Below are positions 49,591 through 63,289 of a stretch of 64,000 bases of DNA, piece by piece. A program made the position numbers and the translations under genes. The stretch is from assembly GCF_963921235.1 (NCBI RefSeq), contig NC_086101.1, positions 31,620,001 to 31,684,000 of the forward strand. Reading direction: 5' to 3'. The notes under the pieces are model-generated. The model worked only from the letters and a program-made list of their open reading frames with translations, made no database searches and was not told the DNA's origin. The stretch is from Mobula hypostoma (lineage: Eukaryota). Within the stretch, counting starts at the first letter, position 1. Each line of letters starts with the position of its first letter.

Positions 49591-50308
49591 TGTGACGATA
49601 TCCTGAATAATCCCTTATGGACTGTACCTTTAAAAAGAGAGAGAGGGTGCAACTGATTCAGAGAGAGAACAAGGAGCAGCTCGTGAGTTGCCATGGTGAC
49701 CGAGGGCGGTGTTATGTGATGGACAGCTGGTGTTCAGCATGCTGAGATAAATACAAGGTCAGCTGGTTGTCTGACACACACATACGGATTCGGACACTGG
49801 ATGAGTTTTGTGTGCCCACAAAAAGGTGGGTTTTTGGAGGATCAATCGAGAGAATCAGTGGCTCTCGCAGTGTGTAAAAAGGGTGACCGGTGGGAAGTTA
49901 TCAGTGTGCTCAACCCTTGCCTGGGTTGATTGTCTTCTGTGGTAAAGCTGTCTCCTTGTTGTCACATTTGGTGACTTTAAAGAGTTAAAGAGGACAACGG
50001 GAAGATACAGCATCAGCTTACTCAGACAACCACAACACCTCTCTCTCCCCAACACTACTCAACTCAATAACATGAACTGAACTGATTTCATTTACCTGTC
50101 ATCGTAAGAAAGTATCCATTACCTCCTAAGCTTGGCTTTTATATTTCCACACTTATATGCATGAACTTTGCTAACCTGTTTGATTTATCTGATTTTATAT
50201 TACTGTATTGCATAGTTACTAATAAAGTAGCTTTAGTTAACAGAAATACCAGACTCCAGGTGTTTTCCATTTCTGCTAGTTCTTTAACCCATTACGGGGT
50301 ACATAACA
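49591..50308 (+). mobile_element. Solo LTR inserted in a CR1 fragment in intron 2
   Basis: 718 bp, TGTGACG...TAACA, AAGG on both sides, internal AATAAA at about 50221; CR1 sequence on both flanks. Confidence 0.7.
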
Positions 50309-51297
50309 AAGGCATGTGGATACTTTGAATGGTGCACTGGGTAACATAGTAAGAAAGTCATGGTGCAACTATATAAAATTTGGATTAGACTGCACTTGGA
50401 GTACTGACACCACATTACAGGAATGTTGTGGGGGCATTGAAGGGAGTGAGGAGGCCCATTAGGATGCCACTTGGATCAGTGAGGGCAAGGAGACATACAA
50501 ACTGATTTCTTCCCCTCTCACCCCCCCCCCCCAGAGAAATCAAGGGGCGGCCAAACAGAAGATTACAAAATTATGAGAGAATAAGAGATGTACAGGGCAA
50601 TTTCTAAAATTATAAACAGAGGGGCAGTTGCCAGGAACTTACTATCAAAGGAATGTTAGAAGCAGATACAGCTGCTAACTCGATGTGAATATACAAGGAA
50701 TGAAAGATGGTACTTGTACAGCCAGAAGAGATTTAGTTTAACCTGGAACTTGGTTTGCTACAGTTATTGGGGGTCAAAAGATCTATTCCATGTTCCAAAA
50801 TTGAAAAGGAAACGGATGCATTTTTGACTCTCACTAGATCATATAAAGGGAGGGAGCTGTTACCACTGGATCATGAATAAAGGGAGGAATGGATTGGGAA
50901 GCTGCCAACCAGCTGACTTCACAGGCAAGAAATGGCCACGCGGTGTTGGGAAGAGGAACACAAGGACAAGGACAATACACTTGGGCAGGTGCAAAGCAAG
51001 AGAATGAAACAGAAGGCTTTTCATCCCCTGTGCCAACTATTATTCAATTAGACAATGGCTTATTTTCTACCTCTACACCAATTTCATACTCAATCCCTTT
51101 AATTTTAATTAGCAACCATTCAAGGAATACAGAACAACTAGCAGTCCTTCTGGGCAGAGAATGCCACCATCCTGGGAAATAACCTAGTGAACATCTGTTG
51201 CACTACCTCCGTTACTGGTATATCCTGCCGTATAAACTGACACGCTAAATTTGTCAGGCATCTCATTTGGTGTTACTGGAAACGTGGACTTGATCAG

Positions 51298-54200
51298 TGT
51301 ACCATATAGCCTACATTATAAGGAACTACTTTATATTTTAGTAACATGGATCTGTATGTGTGTGAGTAAAAGTTTGGACTCCACCAGTAAAGAACCATGA
51401 GACTTAGTTCCCATCTCCAGCATTGTTATTAATAATAGTTTTGCAAACAGGCCACATACACAACAAATTGGCGACAAGAATTATGAACCTTCATCTTATC
51501 GGAACGCTGTGTTTTAGTTGATAACGACACTCGGAGAAGAGAGAGAAGGGAGAAGAAAAGGAGCGACACGCATCTAGACAGTGTGCTCATTGCACTAGCA
51601 AAAAGGACACACAAGTCAAGTGAAATGTGCTGTGACTGCAAAGAGCTAGCAAAAAAGAAAACAAGGAAAAACCGGGCTAAATTAACGTAACAAAGATGGC
51701 GATGATTGGAACCATTACAGCATTTGATAGTGGCATTGAAAACTGGGTAATTTACATTGAAAGAGTGGAGTTATATTGTGATGTTAACAGTGTTAATGAT
51801 GAAAAGAAAACCAGCGTCTTACTCGGTCTTATGGGAGCAAAAACATACGGGCTGCTACAGGGCTTGTTAACCCCTGAAAAGGCAGCTGACAAAACATTGA
51901 AGCAAATAGTAGACACTCTCCAACAGCATTTAAACCCCAAACTACTGGTCATTGCTGAAAGATTTAAATTTCACAAACTGAAATCAGCAAAAATGAGAGC
52001 ATTTTTGAACATTGTGCTGAATTGTGCAAATTATCAGAACATTGTCAATTTGGAACTGGTCTATTGGATGCATTGAGGGACAGGTTAGTGTGTGGCATGC
52101 ACTGTGAAACCACACAGAAGCTGCTCCTGTGTGAAAAGGACCTTACATTACAGCAAGCGCTGAACATTGCAATATCATTGGAAACTGCAGCACAGGGTGC
52201 TTCAAAGATACAACAAAAATCTCTGGAGTATGCTACAAATAAAATGTCACTGAACAGAAATGAAGGAAAGAAATGTTACCATTGTGGGAACATGTCACAT
52301 GACCCTGAGGACTGTTGGTTAAAGACAAAGAATGCAGAAACTGTGGCAAACAGGGCCACATTTGCAGAGTATGCAAAGCTAGTAAACAGCAGAAAAAAGG
52401 ACAAAGTACAGAGAAACAAGAAACTCCATAAAGGAAAATACAACAATGTACACAAAATGAAAGAAAGCAGTTCTGATGAAAATGACTCAGACAAAAGTGA
52501 ATTGTCTTGTCTGCAACTCTACAGCGTGAAAGAAACGGATGATTGAAGAGTAATATGGATCACACCACAAGTGACAGAAGTGAGACTGAAAATGGAGTTG
52601 GACACAGTCTAAGCTTTAACAGTGATCTCTGTACATGACTACAAACGACTGTTTTCTCACATACCTCTGAAACGAACTAAACTACTGTTAAAGACTTGCA
52701 CAGGACAGAAAGTGTGTCCCAAAGGTAAAATTAAATTGACAGTGAGCTACAGAGACAAAACACAGCAGTTGAACCTCTATGTACTGAAAAATGGAGGACC
52801 ACCGCTGCTAGGACGTGAATGGCTCAGGAAAATCCAGTTGGATTGGTACACCATCAAGGCACTAGTTGTGTCAGCAAAGGAGAGCAGCAAGGCTACATCT
52901 GAGAGATTGTCACAAGTACTTGCTGACTCTGAGGAAGTGTTCATGAAACAAATAGGAACACTTCAGGGCATGAAGACAAAGACTGAGGTTGAGGAAAATG
53001 CATGTCCAAAATTTCACAAAGCCAGACCAGTGCCATATGCAATCTGTCCTACAGCAGAGGCAGAGCTGATAAATCTGGAGCAGACTGGGGTCCTGTCAAT
53101 GGTGGATTGCAGTGAATGAGCCACATCTATTGTTCCAGTGATGAAGAAAACCTAAAGCACAAAACCGGGAAAACCAAGCAAGGTGCACATATGTGGAGAC
53201 TTTAAAGTGACTGTTAACTCAGTTCTCTGCACAGTACAGTATCCCCTACCCCATATTGAGGACATTTTTGCTTCCCTGTCAGGAGAGGAACATTTCACAA
53301 AAATCGATTTGGCCCAGGCTTACTTCCAAATGGAAATCAATGAACCATCTAAGAAATACCTGACAATAAATACACACACAAAGGACTTTACCAGTACAAC
53401 AGGTTGGTGTTTGGGATGGCATCAGCTCCTGCAATCTGGCAAAGGGCAATGGACCAGGTCCTGCAGGGAGTTCCAGGGACTCAGTGTTACCTTGATGACG
53501 AACATTGTCACTGGCAAAGATGACGAACATCTTTCTAACCTTGAACAAGTGCTCACCAGGTTACGAGAATATGGGCTCAGAGCTAATCGACAGAAATGTG
53601 AGTTCTTCAAAAAGGAAATCTCATACTGTGGGCATGTGATCGACAAGGATGGCTTACACATGTCTCAAGACAAGATAGAAGCGGTGTTTAAGGCACCACC
53701 ACCTGAAAATGTGTCTCAGCTGAGAGTCTATCTTGGACTAGTGAACTACTAGCACAGGTTCTTGCCTAACCTATCCACAGTCCTACACCCACTAAATGCA
53801 CTATTACAGACAGGGACAGAATGGAAGTGGACTGAGAGCTGTGAGAAAGCATCTCAAGAAACTAAAAGACTTCATAACTTCGGAAGGGGTGCTCGCACAC
53901 TTTGACCCCTCCTCACCAATCTGACTGGCTTGTGATGCCTCAACCCATGGGTTAGGAGCGGTGTTATCACACAAGTTTCCAGATAGCTCAGAAAGATCAA
54001 TAGCCTTCACCTCAAGAACGCTAACTTCAGCTGAACGCAACTACGCACAGATTGACAGGGAGGTCCAAAGCCTCGCATGGGGAGTCAAGAAATTCAGTCA
54101 CTACCTGTGTGGTCAAAAATTTACCCTGTTGACTGACCATCAGCCTCTCTTTAACCCAAGGAAAGGCGTTCCAGTGATGACAGCACAAAGGCTGCAGCGA

Positions 54201-55965
54201 TGGTCTCTTTTCTTAGGAGGTCACATGTATGACATTGAACACAAGGGGACCAAGCTACATGGCAACACAGATGGTGTGTCACGTTTACCACTGCCGACTT
54301 CAGAGATAACTACACAAGTGGATTCAGCAGAGGTCTTTCACACAACAATAGTTGAACAGTTACCAGTGGCAAACAGCCTCATTGAAAGAGAAACACACAA
54401 TGACTATGCTGTCAAAAGTGTATGACATCACGGTAAAGGGATGGCCAGCTCGTGGTAACACAGTTTCCAGCCTTCTCAGCGAGGAAGGAGCAGTTGTCAG
54501 TGTGTTGGGGAACACTAATGTGTGGTTCACGAGTTGCGATTCCTCCCAAGCTACGCACCAGAGTGATGGAGGAACTGCACGAGGGCACCTCGGTACCGTG
54601 AAGATGAAAAGTCTTGCCCGTGCCTATGTGTGGTGGCCAGGAATCGATAAACAGATTGAGGACTTGACCAAGAACTGCTCTGGATGTCAAAAGATCCAGA
54701 ACACACCACCACAAGCCCCTCTCCATCCATGGAAGTGGCCCTCATCACCATGGCAATGAGTGCACATCGACTTTGCTGAACCATTCATGGACTATATTTT
54801 AATTGCCGTCGATGCACATTCCAAATGGCCAGAGGTCATCAAAATGAAAACAACCACATCAGAAAAGACCATTACAGTTCTGAGGACCATGTTCGCCAGG
54901 AATGGCATACCAGAACAAATCTGCACAGACAATGGATGACAATTTGTCTCTGAAGAATTCCAAACTTTTGTGAAGAACAATGGAATCAGGCACTTGACAT
55001 CTGCCCCTTACCATCCATCCACAAATGGCTTGGCAGAAAGATTTGTGCAGACATTCAAGAAAGCCATCAAGGCAATGGACAGCGAAAATCGACCACTGCA
55101 ACACAAGATAGACAACTTTCTCCTTGCCTATCATAATGCAGTACATGCAAGCACTAATCAGACTCCAGTGATGAGGTTTCTGAACAGGAACCTGAGGTCC
55201 CGCATGGATCTTCTTAAACCAGATGTACAGCGTGATGTGGAGAACAGACCGTTCAAACACTTGAATGCCAAGTCAACACGGAGCTTCAGTGTGGACAGTC
55301 AGTTCTTGCATGTGATTACCTGGCTGAAAAATGGCAACCAGGTACAATTTCCCCCATAGACGGGCCACTAGTGAAGGTGGGAGAGAACGTATGGAGACGT
55401 CATGTGGACCAAATCCTGGATGCTCAGGTGAAAAGCACAACACATTGCCCGGACTCCCCGGACATAGAGGCAAACACTCCTGATGTGACCACATCAGCCG
55501 CATCTACAGATAAGCCTGTTATCAGTGCTGATGACCTACCTGATGTACCTGTGGAGACTCATTCCCCAAAGCAAACGTTTCAGGTCAAACATTACCCAGA
55601 GAGGCAGAGGAGACCTCCCCAGAGACTTGAGTTCTAAATGGGTCTTAGACCAAAAGTAAAAAGGCTTGTGATAATTTGATATTACATATTAAGTTACTTT
55701 GTTATATAGACGTCTGTATGTTAAGGGTAAACATTTGTTTAGCATAGTGCCCCAGTAAAAAAAAAGTTGATACACTATTAAGAGAAAAGGGGAGGAGAGC
55801 ACCGTATAGTCTACTTTATATTAAGGAGACTACTTTATGTTTTAGTAACACGTCATTGCATGCGCTATTAGACACGTGTGGGTCAGTATGTGTGCGAGTA
55901 AAAGTTTGGACTCTACCAGTAAAGAACCATGAAACTTAGTTCCCATTTCCAGCATTGTTGTTAAT
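51298..55965 (+). mobile_element. Ty3/Gypsy LTR retrotransposon (gag-PR-RT-RH-INT), decayed, antisense in MHC intron 2
   Basis: LTRs 51298-51465 and about 55798-55965; PBS-like tggcgac at about 51469; PPT about 55779-55797; gag ORF 51696-52546 with CCHC remnant, MELDT protease, RT (KIDLAQAYFQ), RH, integrase (SAPYHPSTNGLAERFV). Confidence 0.93.
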
Positions 55966-56353
55966 AATATAGTTGTGTATGTAGCCTGTTTACACAGTCA
56001 CCATGGAAATGGTGGGCCAAAGACTTGTCTGTGCTCTGTAACTGACACACAGAGCACCTCCCACCCCCCCCCCCAGTCTCTGCAGCTGGTTCACAGTTCA
56101 GGCCTCCAAATCTGGAATGTCAGGCCACCCACCAGTTCTTTTTAGTGGGGTTAGAGTCCAGAGCTTGGTAGATTAAACCCTGTGGGGGGGGGGGGCTGAA
56201 GAGATGAGGGATCATAGTTTAGTGTTAACAGCTGTCATTGGGGCCGCAGTGCATGTGTCCCACCCAGGATGACCTAGATACTTGTTGGCTCCCTGGAATT
56301 GTCCCAATACTGGGGAGGTACCAATTCCTTCCTCGCACCACAATTGCACTTAC

Positions 56354-56623
56354 CACTCCGGGGCAGCACCCATTTTTCATCGATGGGGATGGTGATCTCA
56401 CACGCACGGCTCCCCTCCTGGTACCTTGCTTCCGCTTTCCCGTCCTTGTTCCAGTTGTTCACATTCCTCTGCATCGGTGTCTTTGCTGCCACATACTTCT
56501 TCATGTCATAGTTGTAGTAGGCAATCAGCTCACTGTTGTAGAAGAGCTCTTCGAAGTAGGTCCATTCTCTGGCGTCACTGCTGTTAAACCGACAACCGTT
56601 CACGTAGTAACCAGAGTTGGCCC
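56354..56623 (-). CDS. MHC class II beta chain, beta1 (peptide-binding) domain exon
   Basis: 270-nt exon, acceptor ctttctttcttccag|GG, donor AGT G|gtaagt, phase 1/1. Translates (G)ANSGYYVNGCRFNSS...NVNNWNKD...SRACEITIPIDEKWVLPRS: two Cys 64 residues apart (C15-C79 spacing of class II beta), N-x-S sequon after the first Cys, WN motif. Confidence 0.93.
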
Positions 56624-58859
56624 CTGGAAGAAAGAAAGTTATTCCCACGCCAAACACCACTGCCTTGGCTCAGAGGAGCCACTCTCCCGAGGGATGCCAG
56701 GTCATCTCTCCCCACCCCACACAGGACTGTGCAACCTGCACCTCCTAAGCGGTCTTGGACATGGTCTCATCCCACAACCCGAGGGCCTGAGCCCTCTGGG
56801 GGCAGTTGTCATGAACAGTAAATCTACCCCAGCCCACTGGTGCACATGTCCACTGTTCCAGCTGTTTTCACAGCAGGGGCAAGGGTGGTGGGAACTAGTT
56901 CAGTGAGTGCCTGTCAAGATCCTGGGCTCTTTTTTTTTGCAGTTCAGTTTGTCTTTTACACATTGTTTGTCCATCTTGTTGTGTTTTTCAATTGATTCTA
57001 TTGTTTCATTGTTTACTTCAAATGCCTGCAAGAGAATGAATCTCAATATAGTACATGTACTTTAATAATAAAGTTACTTGAACATCTGAGGGGTACTGAA
57101 CTGTATTAGTGTGCAAGGTGAGGGAGTTTGATGGCAATTGGGATGTGTAGTGACGCTGGGCCCAGATTTAATTATGGAGGAAATGCAAGGCAAGATAAGC
57201 AGAGGAGGTGACTGGGTAAGAGGATATGGAATGCTCAGAGACAACAATGAGCATGGGACAGAGCAAATGAAGGTCTGAAAGTGTGTTTTCTAACAGGGAA
57301 CTTTGCTCAGTTTGGTATGATAGGATTTTATTTAGTATTAAGTGGTTTGAGATCTATATGTGGGATTGATGTGTTAAATACTACTGACGTTGTGGGATAA
57401 GGGAGATGCTACTCACAATCAAGTTCTGGCAGGTGCATCAGATCTGTGCTGGAATCTACAAGGATCACTGGTTGAATCTTCTACAGCCATTAAACTCTGT
57501 TTGCACTCTGCTGCTGGGTGCCTGCAGTTCAATGAAGCTTGTTTTATAGAGCCATGGTCATTTGTTGTGGAAAGAAATCATTGCCCAAATGCTGGCTTTT
57601 ACCTCAGTGCTGGAATGAGGCAGATTAGGTCCCTGGTTTAAACAGCAGGGCTCAATACAAGGCATGCCCCTTACAGGGACAATAGGAACTGTCAGCATTG
57701 GTTGAACCCTGTAATATTTACAGTGGAGGTGCAAAATTTTGAACATAATGGCCAATTCACATCTCACTGTCAGAGACACAGCAGGAAAACAACTGTATCT
57801 AAGTTTCATGTTTCCTTCCTTGCATACACGTCAGTTAATACCATAACTAGCTCAGGATGGCCGCATCTGTGCAAAGTAGTCCAACAGCAAGGAGGAAATG
57901 GAGTGCAACAGGATACATACTTCAGTGGGACAGGAGAATTTGGTTCAGGTAAACCAGAAACAGGTTGGTAATCTAAACCACTGAAGTTATCCTTCAGTAG
58001 GGAGGTTGTTCAATCCAGGTACATTCCCACAGGGGATAGTAGAGCAACCAATGCAAAAATTATAAATGCTGAAACCCACAGGTCAGATAGCAACTGTGGA
58101 GAGAAACCATTTTAAGGCATTACAATGTCCCTTGCCAGCCCATCACCATGAAATGTTAAAGGTCATCACCACAAAATGCAACCAAATTGTGGGTGTCAGG
58201 TCAGTCACCTTAGTACCAAGACATCCCACAGAGACCCTCAGGACAGGGCCCTGGGACCAGCCAGTTACAGCTGCTTCACCAGTGACCTTTCTTCCATTGT
58301 AAGGTCAGGAATATAGGGGATGTTCAATAACAATGTCACAAGGTTTGATTCTGAATACAATTCCTCACCAAATGAAGCAGGGCTCACCTATAGGCAGGAA
58401 AATCTGGACAATATTCAACGGACTGATGAAGCAGGTAACACTCCTGGCACAACTGCCAGGCATGGTCTCCAATGCAAGTTTAACCTCCTCTTGATAGTTA
58501 GTGATGTTACTGTCACCTCCAGCCCCTGCCCCACCACCATAACATTCTGAGAAACAGCATTGACCCCCTACCCACTCAATTACTATGGCTACAAGTGCAG
58601 CTCTGAGACTGGGTATCCAGTGGTGAGTGACTTCTCCTGATGCCCCAACATGCACACCCTAAGGAATTCCCACCTTAACAGCCCTACGCCCCTCACCAGT
58701 TCAAGGCACTGACTCATCACCACACGCAAGGCAATTAGGGATGCACATTACTCACAACAGGCACTTCCAAATGCCAAATAACATCTTGCCAAGTACATTT
58801 ATGCAAAACTTGGTGTCCCTAAAAAAAGATGAATTAGAAACAATGTTATATCAGTGTAA

Positions 58860-61800
58860 TGCTCAGGTCTATTGGCTCATTTATCTAGGAGAAACCCCGT
58901 CCGCCCGCTAAACCGTGTCTCACAGTTGTGTCATTGCTGTGTAATGCCACCTGGTACAAACTCACATCAAATATCAGACAGCACACAATGTACAATTTAC
59001 AGATTACACTTTATAAATCTTACTGGAACTATGTAATTAACAGAGATACAATATAAAAGGGGAAGTAAAAGGCGCCAGACTTAGAGTTCAACCACTTCGT
59101 GCACAACAGTCGGAGCTCAATTAACGGGGTCCTCCTTCCACCCTGCGATCCCCTCGAACCCCTCGACTCGCCACTCGGGACCAACCACGGTGGTCGACCA
59201 GAGCGCGTCCAGCACGTCCTTCCTCTTTGGGTCTCCTCCTGAAAGCCCGCCAAACCACACGGTTCCCAGCCGTATGAGACAGAATACCACCCACAAAATG
59301 AATAACATGGACACCCATTGGTTCGTTCGCCCCCTTATCAATAATATAACCCAAACAAGCAGGGAGAGAGATAACTCCCTACATCGCAGTTATTATTACA
59401 GAAAAGCCATTTTTCTTATAATATAACTAAGAAGCCATTTTGTTAGCCTTCGCAGTAATAAAAGAAACCCCTTACACTCCCCTCCCACCAAATAAAGTCA
59501 TGTCCTCATGACATTAAAGGAGTTCACCAATGCTCCTTGTAAAACACAAAACCTAACCCAGGGCATAAAGCAGTGACATAATTTCCCAGGGCGGTAGAGA
59601 TCACACCCTGTTCTCCCGGCACTACATAGGTCAACCGCTCCGGGGGGGGGGAGCGGTTCCTACTTCTGACACCTCCGTACCTCCTCTGGCAACCCTTCCA
59701 GCTCAGACATGACTGAGACACCCCTGGTCTACCTGTTGAACCCTTGCCCACTTCCTCCCTGGGACCCGTCTCGGGTTTTGGTTCCACCCTCTCTCCCTCC
59801 AAGGCCGGCTGTATCCCAGGCCGCCCCCCAACACTCTCCCTCCTCTCACCTAACTCAGTGGGATGGGGGGGAGAAAAAGAGGGTGAGGAGCATCTTCTTC
59901 CAGTACCAGAGAATTAACAAATGGAAGCAGGTACCACACATCCGAATCATCATCTTCCAAATCAGTATCCCTTTCTGGGGCGAGGCCCAGCCTCATCTCT
60001 TTCACGGTGGGCTCTACCCTCGCCCCGCGCCTCCGCAGTCCTCGTACTAGGCGTAAACTCCAATTCGGGCTCTTGGTGTACTTGCACCTCTTGACCCAGG
60101 GGCAATAGGTGGTTCCGATGGAGTACCTTGACAGACCCCTTCCCGTCCTCGGGTCTCACCCAATAAACAGGGAGGTTTGGCATCTGGCTCTCTACCACAT
60201 AGGGGGTGGCTGCCCAGTGATCTGCCAACTTGTGCTTACCAGGTAGTCCTAAATTCCATTTGAGAACCCGGTCTCCCGGCACAAGTTGGGCAAACTTCAC
60301 TTTCTGATCATACCTCTTCTTATTCCTCCGATTCTGCTTGGTGGCCACCGCCTCAGCCAACTCGTACGCCCTTTTCAACTCTCTCCTCATATCGGACACA
60401 TACTTCAGATAGGGCTTTGAAGGTAATTCACCCACTTCAGTCCCAAAACACAGATCAATGGGCAACCTCGCTTCCCACCCAAACATCAGATAATAAGGCA
60501 AGTATCCCGTAGCATTATTGCGGGTACAATTGTGACAGTGAACCAAATGCCCGATGTGCTGACTCCACTTACTCTTCTGTCCGATCTCCAGAGTCCGGAG
60601 CATGTCCAACAGGGTCTGGTTAAACCTATCGGGCTGAGGATCACCCTGCAGGTGGTAGGGTGTGGTCCTGGATTTCTCAACCCCAAGCATATCTAGTGGA
60701 TAAGCCTGCTCTCGAAATACCGTCCCTGATCACTATGGATCCGTCTGGGGGGGGCCATAATGAACAAAACGCCTCTCACATAACACCTTCACCACTGTAG
60801 TCGCTTTCTGGTCCTTAGTGGGAAACGCCTGAGCATACCTAGTGTAGTGATCCGTGATGACTAAAACATTCGCGGTGTTGCTGGTGTCTGGCTCAACAGA
60901 CAGGAAATCCATACACACCGGGTCCATGGGTCCCGCACTCTGCAAGTGGGACAGAGGGGCCGCCTGCACAGGCAGGGTCTTCCTCCTGATGCAGCGACTG
61001 TATGTCTTACAGTATTCTTCGACCTCCCCCCTCATCTGGGGCCAGTAAAACCAGTCCTTGAGTAATCCACAGGTCTTTTCCACCCCCAAAATGCCCGGAA
61101 TCTTGTAATGAGCTCAGCACAGTCTTCCAATACTTCTCAGCAGGCAATGCCAGGGGTGGTCCAGGGACGACGTGACCCAGTATACGATATGGTTCTTCAA
61201 CTTCAACAGAGGCGACTCCTTCAGTAGTAAGGGCACTGAGGCGTGTTGCCTTCTCCACCTGAGCCATATCCCACTTTTTAGCCACATACCAGATAGTGCC
61301 AATGCCCGGGTCATCTCGCTGAGCCACCTCCACTTCCTGGGGGCTCAACTCCAGTAACTGCTTGTCCTTCAGAGCAGTCAAATTACAGTAAACAGTGGGT
61401 AGCGCGTCATTGTCAACCCCCAATTGATACACTGCCTGATCCGGCCCCATCGGGTCTCCGGCTTTAGTGTCGCTTGCAAATTGACACATGGCCTTCACTC
61501 CCGGGGCAGGGACGCTCTCCCACTCTTCATCTGTGCCCGATCCCTCATGTGCCCGATGAGATAAAGCATCTGCATCGATGTTCCGACTCCCCGGCTGGTA
61601 CTTCAGGCTGAACTCATAGGCAGACAAGGCCGCCAACCACCGATGCCCAGTAGCGTCCAGTTTCGCTGAGGTCAGAATATAAGTGAGGGGATTGTCGTCC
61701 GTCCTCACCTCAAACTTGGCCCCGTACAGATAGTCACTCAACTTGTCCACCACCGCCCATTTCAGTGCCAGAAGTTCCAACTTGTGAGTGGGATAGTTTC

Positions 61801-63040
61801 TCTCAGAAGGCGACAAACTCCGGCTGACAAACACCACTGGCCTCAATCCGTTGCCCTGCTCCTGGTACAGGACAGCCCCCAGCCCCTCCCGGCTGATATC
61901 AGTGTGTAGCTCATAACGGCTTCTGGGGGTCAGCAAAAGCCAACACCGGAACCTGTGTCAGCGCCCTTTTCAGCGAATGGAACGCCTCCTCACATTGAGT
62001 ATCCCACCTCGGTCCAAAGGGGTCCGACAGGTTCAGATATCCTCCTGCCTCCTGCCTCCTGCCCTCGTTCTCCCTTCCTTTTCTTCCCCAAGGGGGGAAT
62101 AGCCACACAAAAGCTGGTTCAATGGGGGACTCACTTTAGCATATCCTTTCACAAATTGCTGATAATACCCATAGAACCCCAAAAACGAGAACAGGGCGCT
62201 CACAGTCTGGGGTCTCGGCCAGGTGGTCACTGCGTCCATCTTAGCCAGATCGGTAGCCACTCCATCTGATGAGATTATGTGTCCGACATAGCCGACAGAC
62301 GTCTTACAAAACTGGCATTTGTCCAGGGAAAGTTTTAACCCTTCCTCCTTCAGCCGGCTTAACACCTTCGATAGCTGCTCCTCATGTTCTTCCAAAGTAG
62401 ATCCAAACACTATCAAGTCTTCCAGATACAGCAACACCTCAAGCAAGTTCATATCCTCCACTGTCCTCTCCCTGACCCTCTGGAAGGTGGCTGCGACCCC
62501 CCGATACACCTTGGGACATTTGTTCGAGCTGAAAGAATCCCAGGGGGCAGATAAAGGCCGTCTTCTCTTTATGGGCCCCACTCATCGGAATCTGGTAATA
62601 CCCGCTCTGCAAATCCAATACACTAAACCACTGGGCACCACTCAAACAGGCCAATGCATCTTCAACCCTCAGGACCATATACTGGTCAGGGACAGTGCAC
62701 CAGTTCAGGGTCCTGCAGTCCACACACATACGTACTTTCCCATTTTTCTTCCTTGCCACTACTATAGGGGATGCATAGGGGCTCCGTGATAATCCCCACA
62801 TCCTTCAACTGGCGCAAGTGCTGCCGCACATCTTCCATATCAGCCGGGGCCAGCTGTTGCGACCTTTCTCTAAACGGGGTGTCATTTGTCACCTGGATAG
62901 TGTGCTGAGTGCTCTTGGAACATCCCACATCAAACTCGCCCTGAGAAAAGACATCCCCTAACTCCAGCATCTTCTCCACCAGCCTTCTCTTTACACTCCG
63001 GCAGCACAGGGGAGTCCTCAAAGTTAAAGGCCTCCTCGGT
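58860..63040 (-). mobile_element. 5'-truncated Ty3/Gypsy element (RT-RH-INT plus 3' LTR), same strand as the MHC gene
   Basis: RT (ASPIVVARKKNG, LDLQSGYYQI, YLEDLIVF), RNase H (ORF 61007-61936), integrase (ORFs 60733-61089, 59962-60690); PPT ggtgggaggggag (59477-59489) then LTR from TGTAAGGGG at 59476; distal LTR end uncertain (58855 or 58940). Confidence 0.9.
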
Positions 63041-63289
63041 CAGCCAATACTCCTCTGGACTCTCTAATGAGAGCACATCCTTAGGGAGTATTGTCAAAAG
63101 TTTGGGGCCCCAAGTGCAGCCTGACTAGTTTTTTATAAAGGCTCAGCATCATCTCCTTGTTTTTAATATTCCATTCTCCTTGAAATAAATGCCAACATTG
63201 TATTTGACTTCTTTACCACAGACTCAACCTGTAAATTAACCTTCTGGGAGTCTTTCACAAGGACTCCCAAGTCCCTCTGATGGAGTAGA

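Noticed and set aside
56056-56196. Poly-C and poly-G runs forming an intronic stem near exon 2
   Set aside because: Homopolymer complementarity only; common and uninformative without structure probing.
43420-56623. DM-beta ortholog
   Set aside because: No endosomal YxxPhi tail can be demonstrated, DM is reported absent from cartilaginous fish, and the sequence looks like a modified conventional elasmobranch beta chain. A phylogeny would be needed to claim more.
56238-56906. 222-aa plus-strand ORF
   Set aside because: Antisense shadow of the GC-rich beta1 exon, with no recognisable motifs.
57405-57495. ATG...gtgagt as MHC exon 1
   Set aside because: Hydrophilic, with an in-frame stop before the donor; not a signal peptide. 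The similar candidate at about 58752-58785 is too short and in phase 2.
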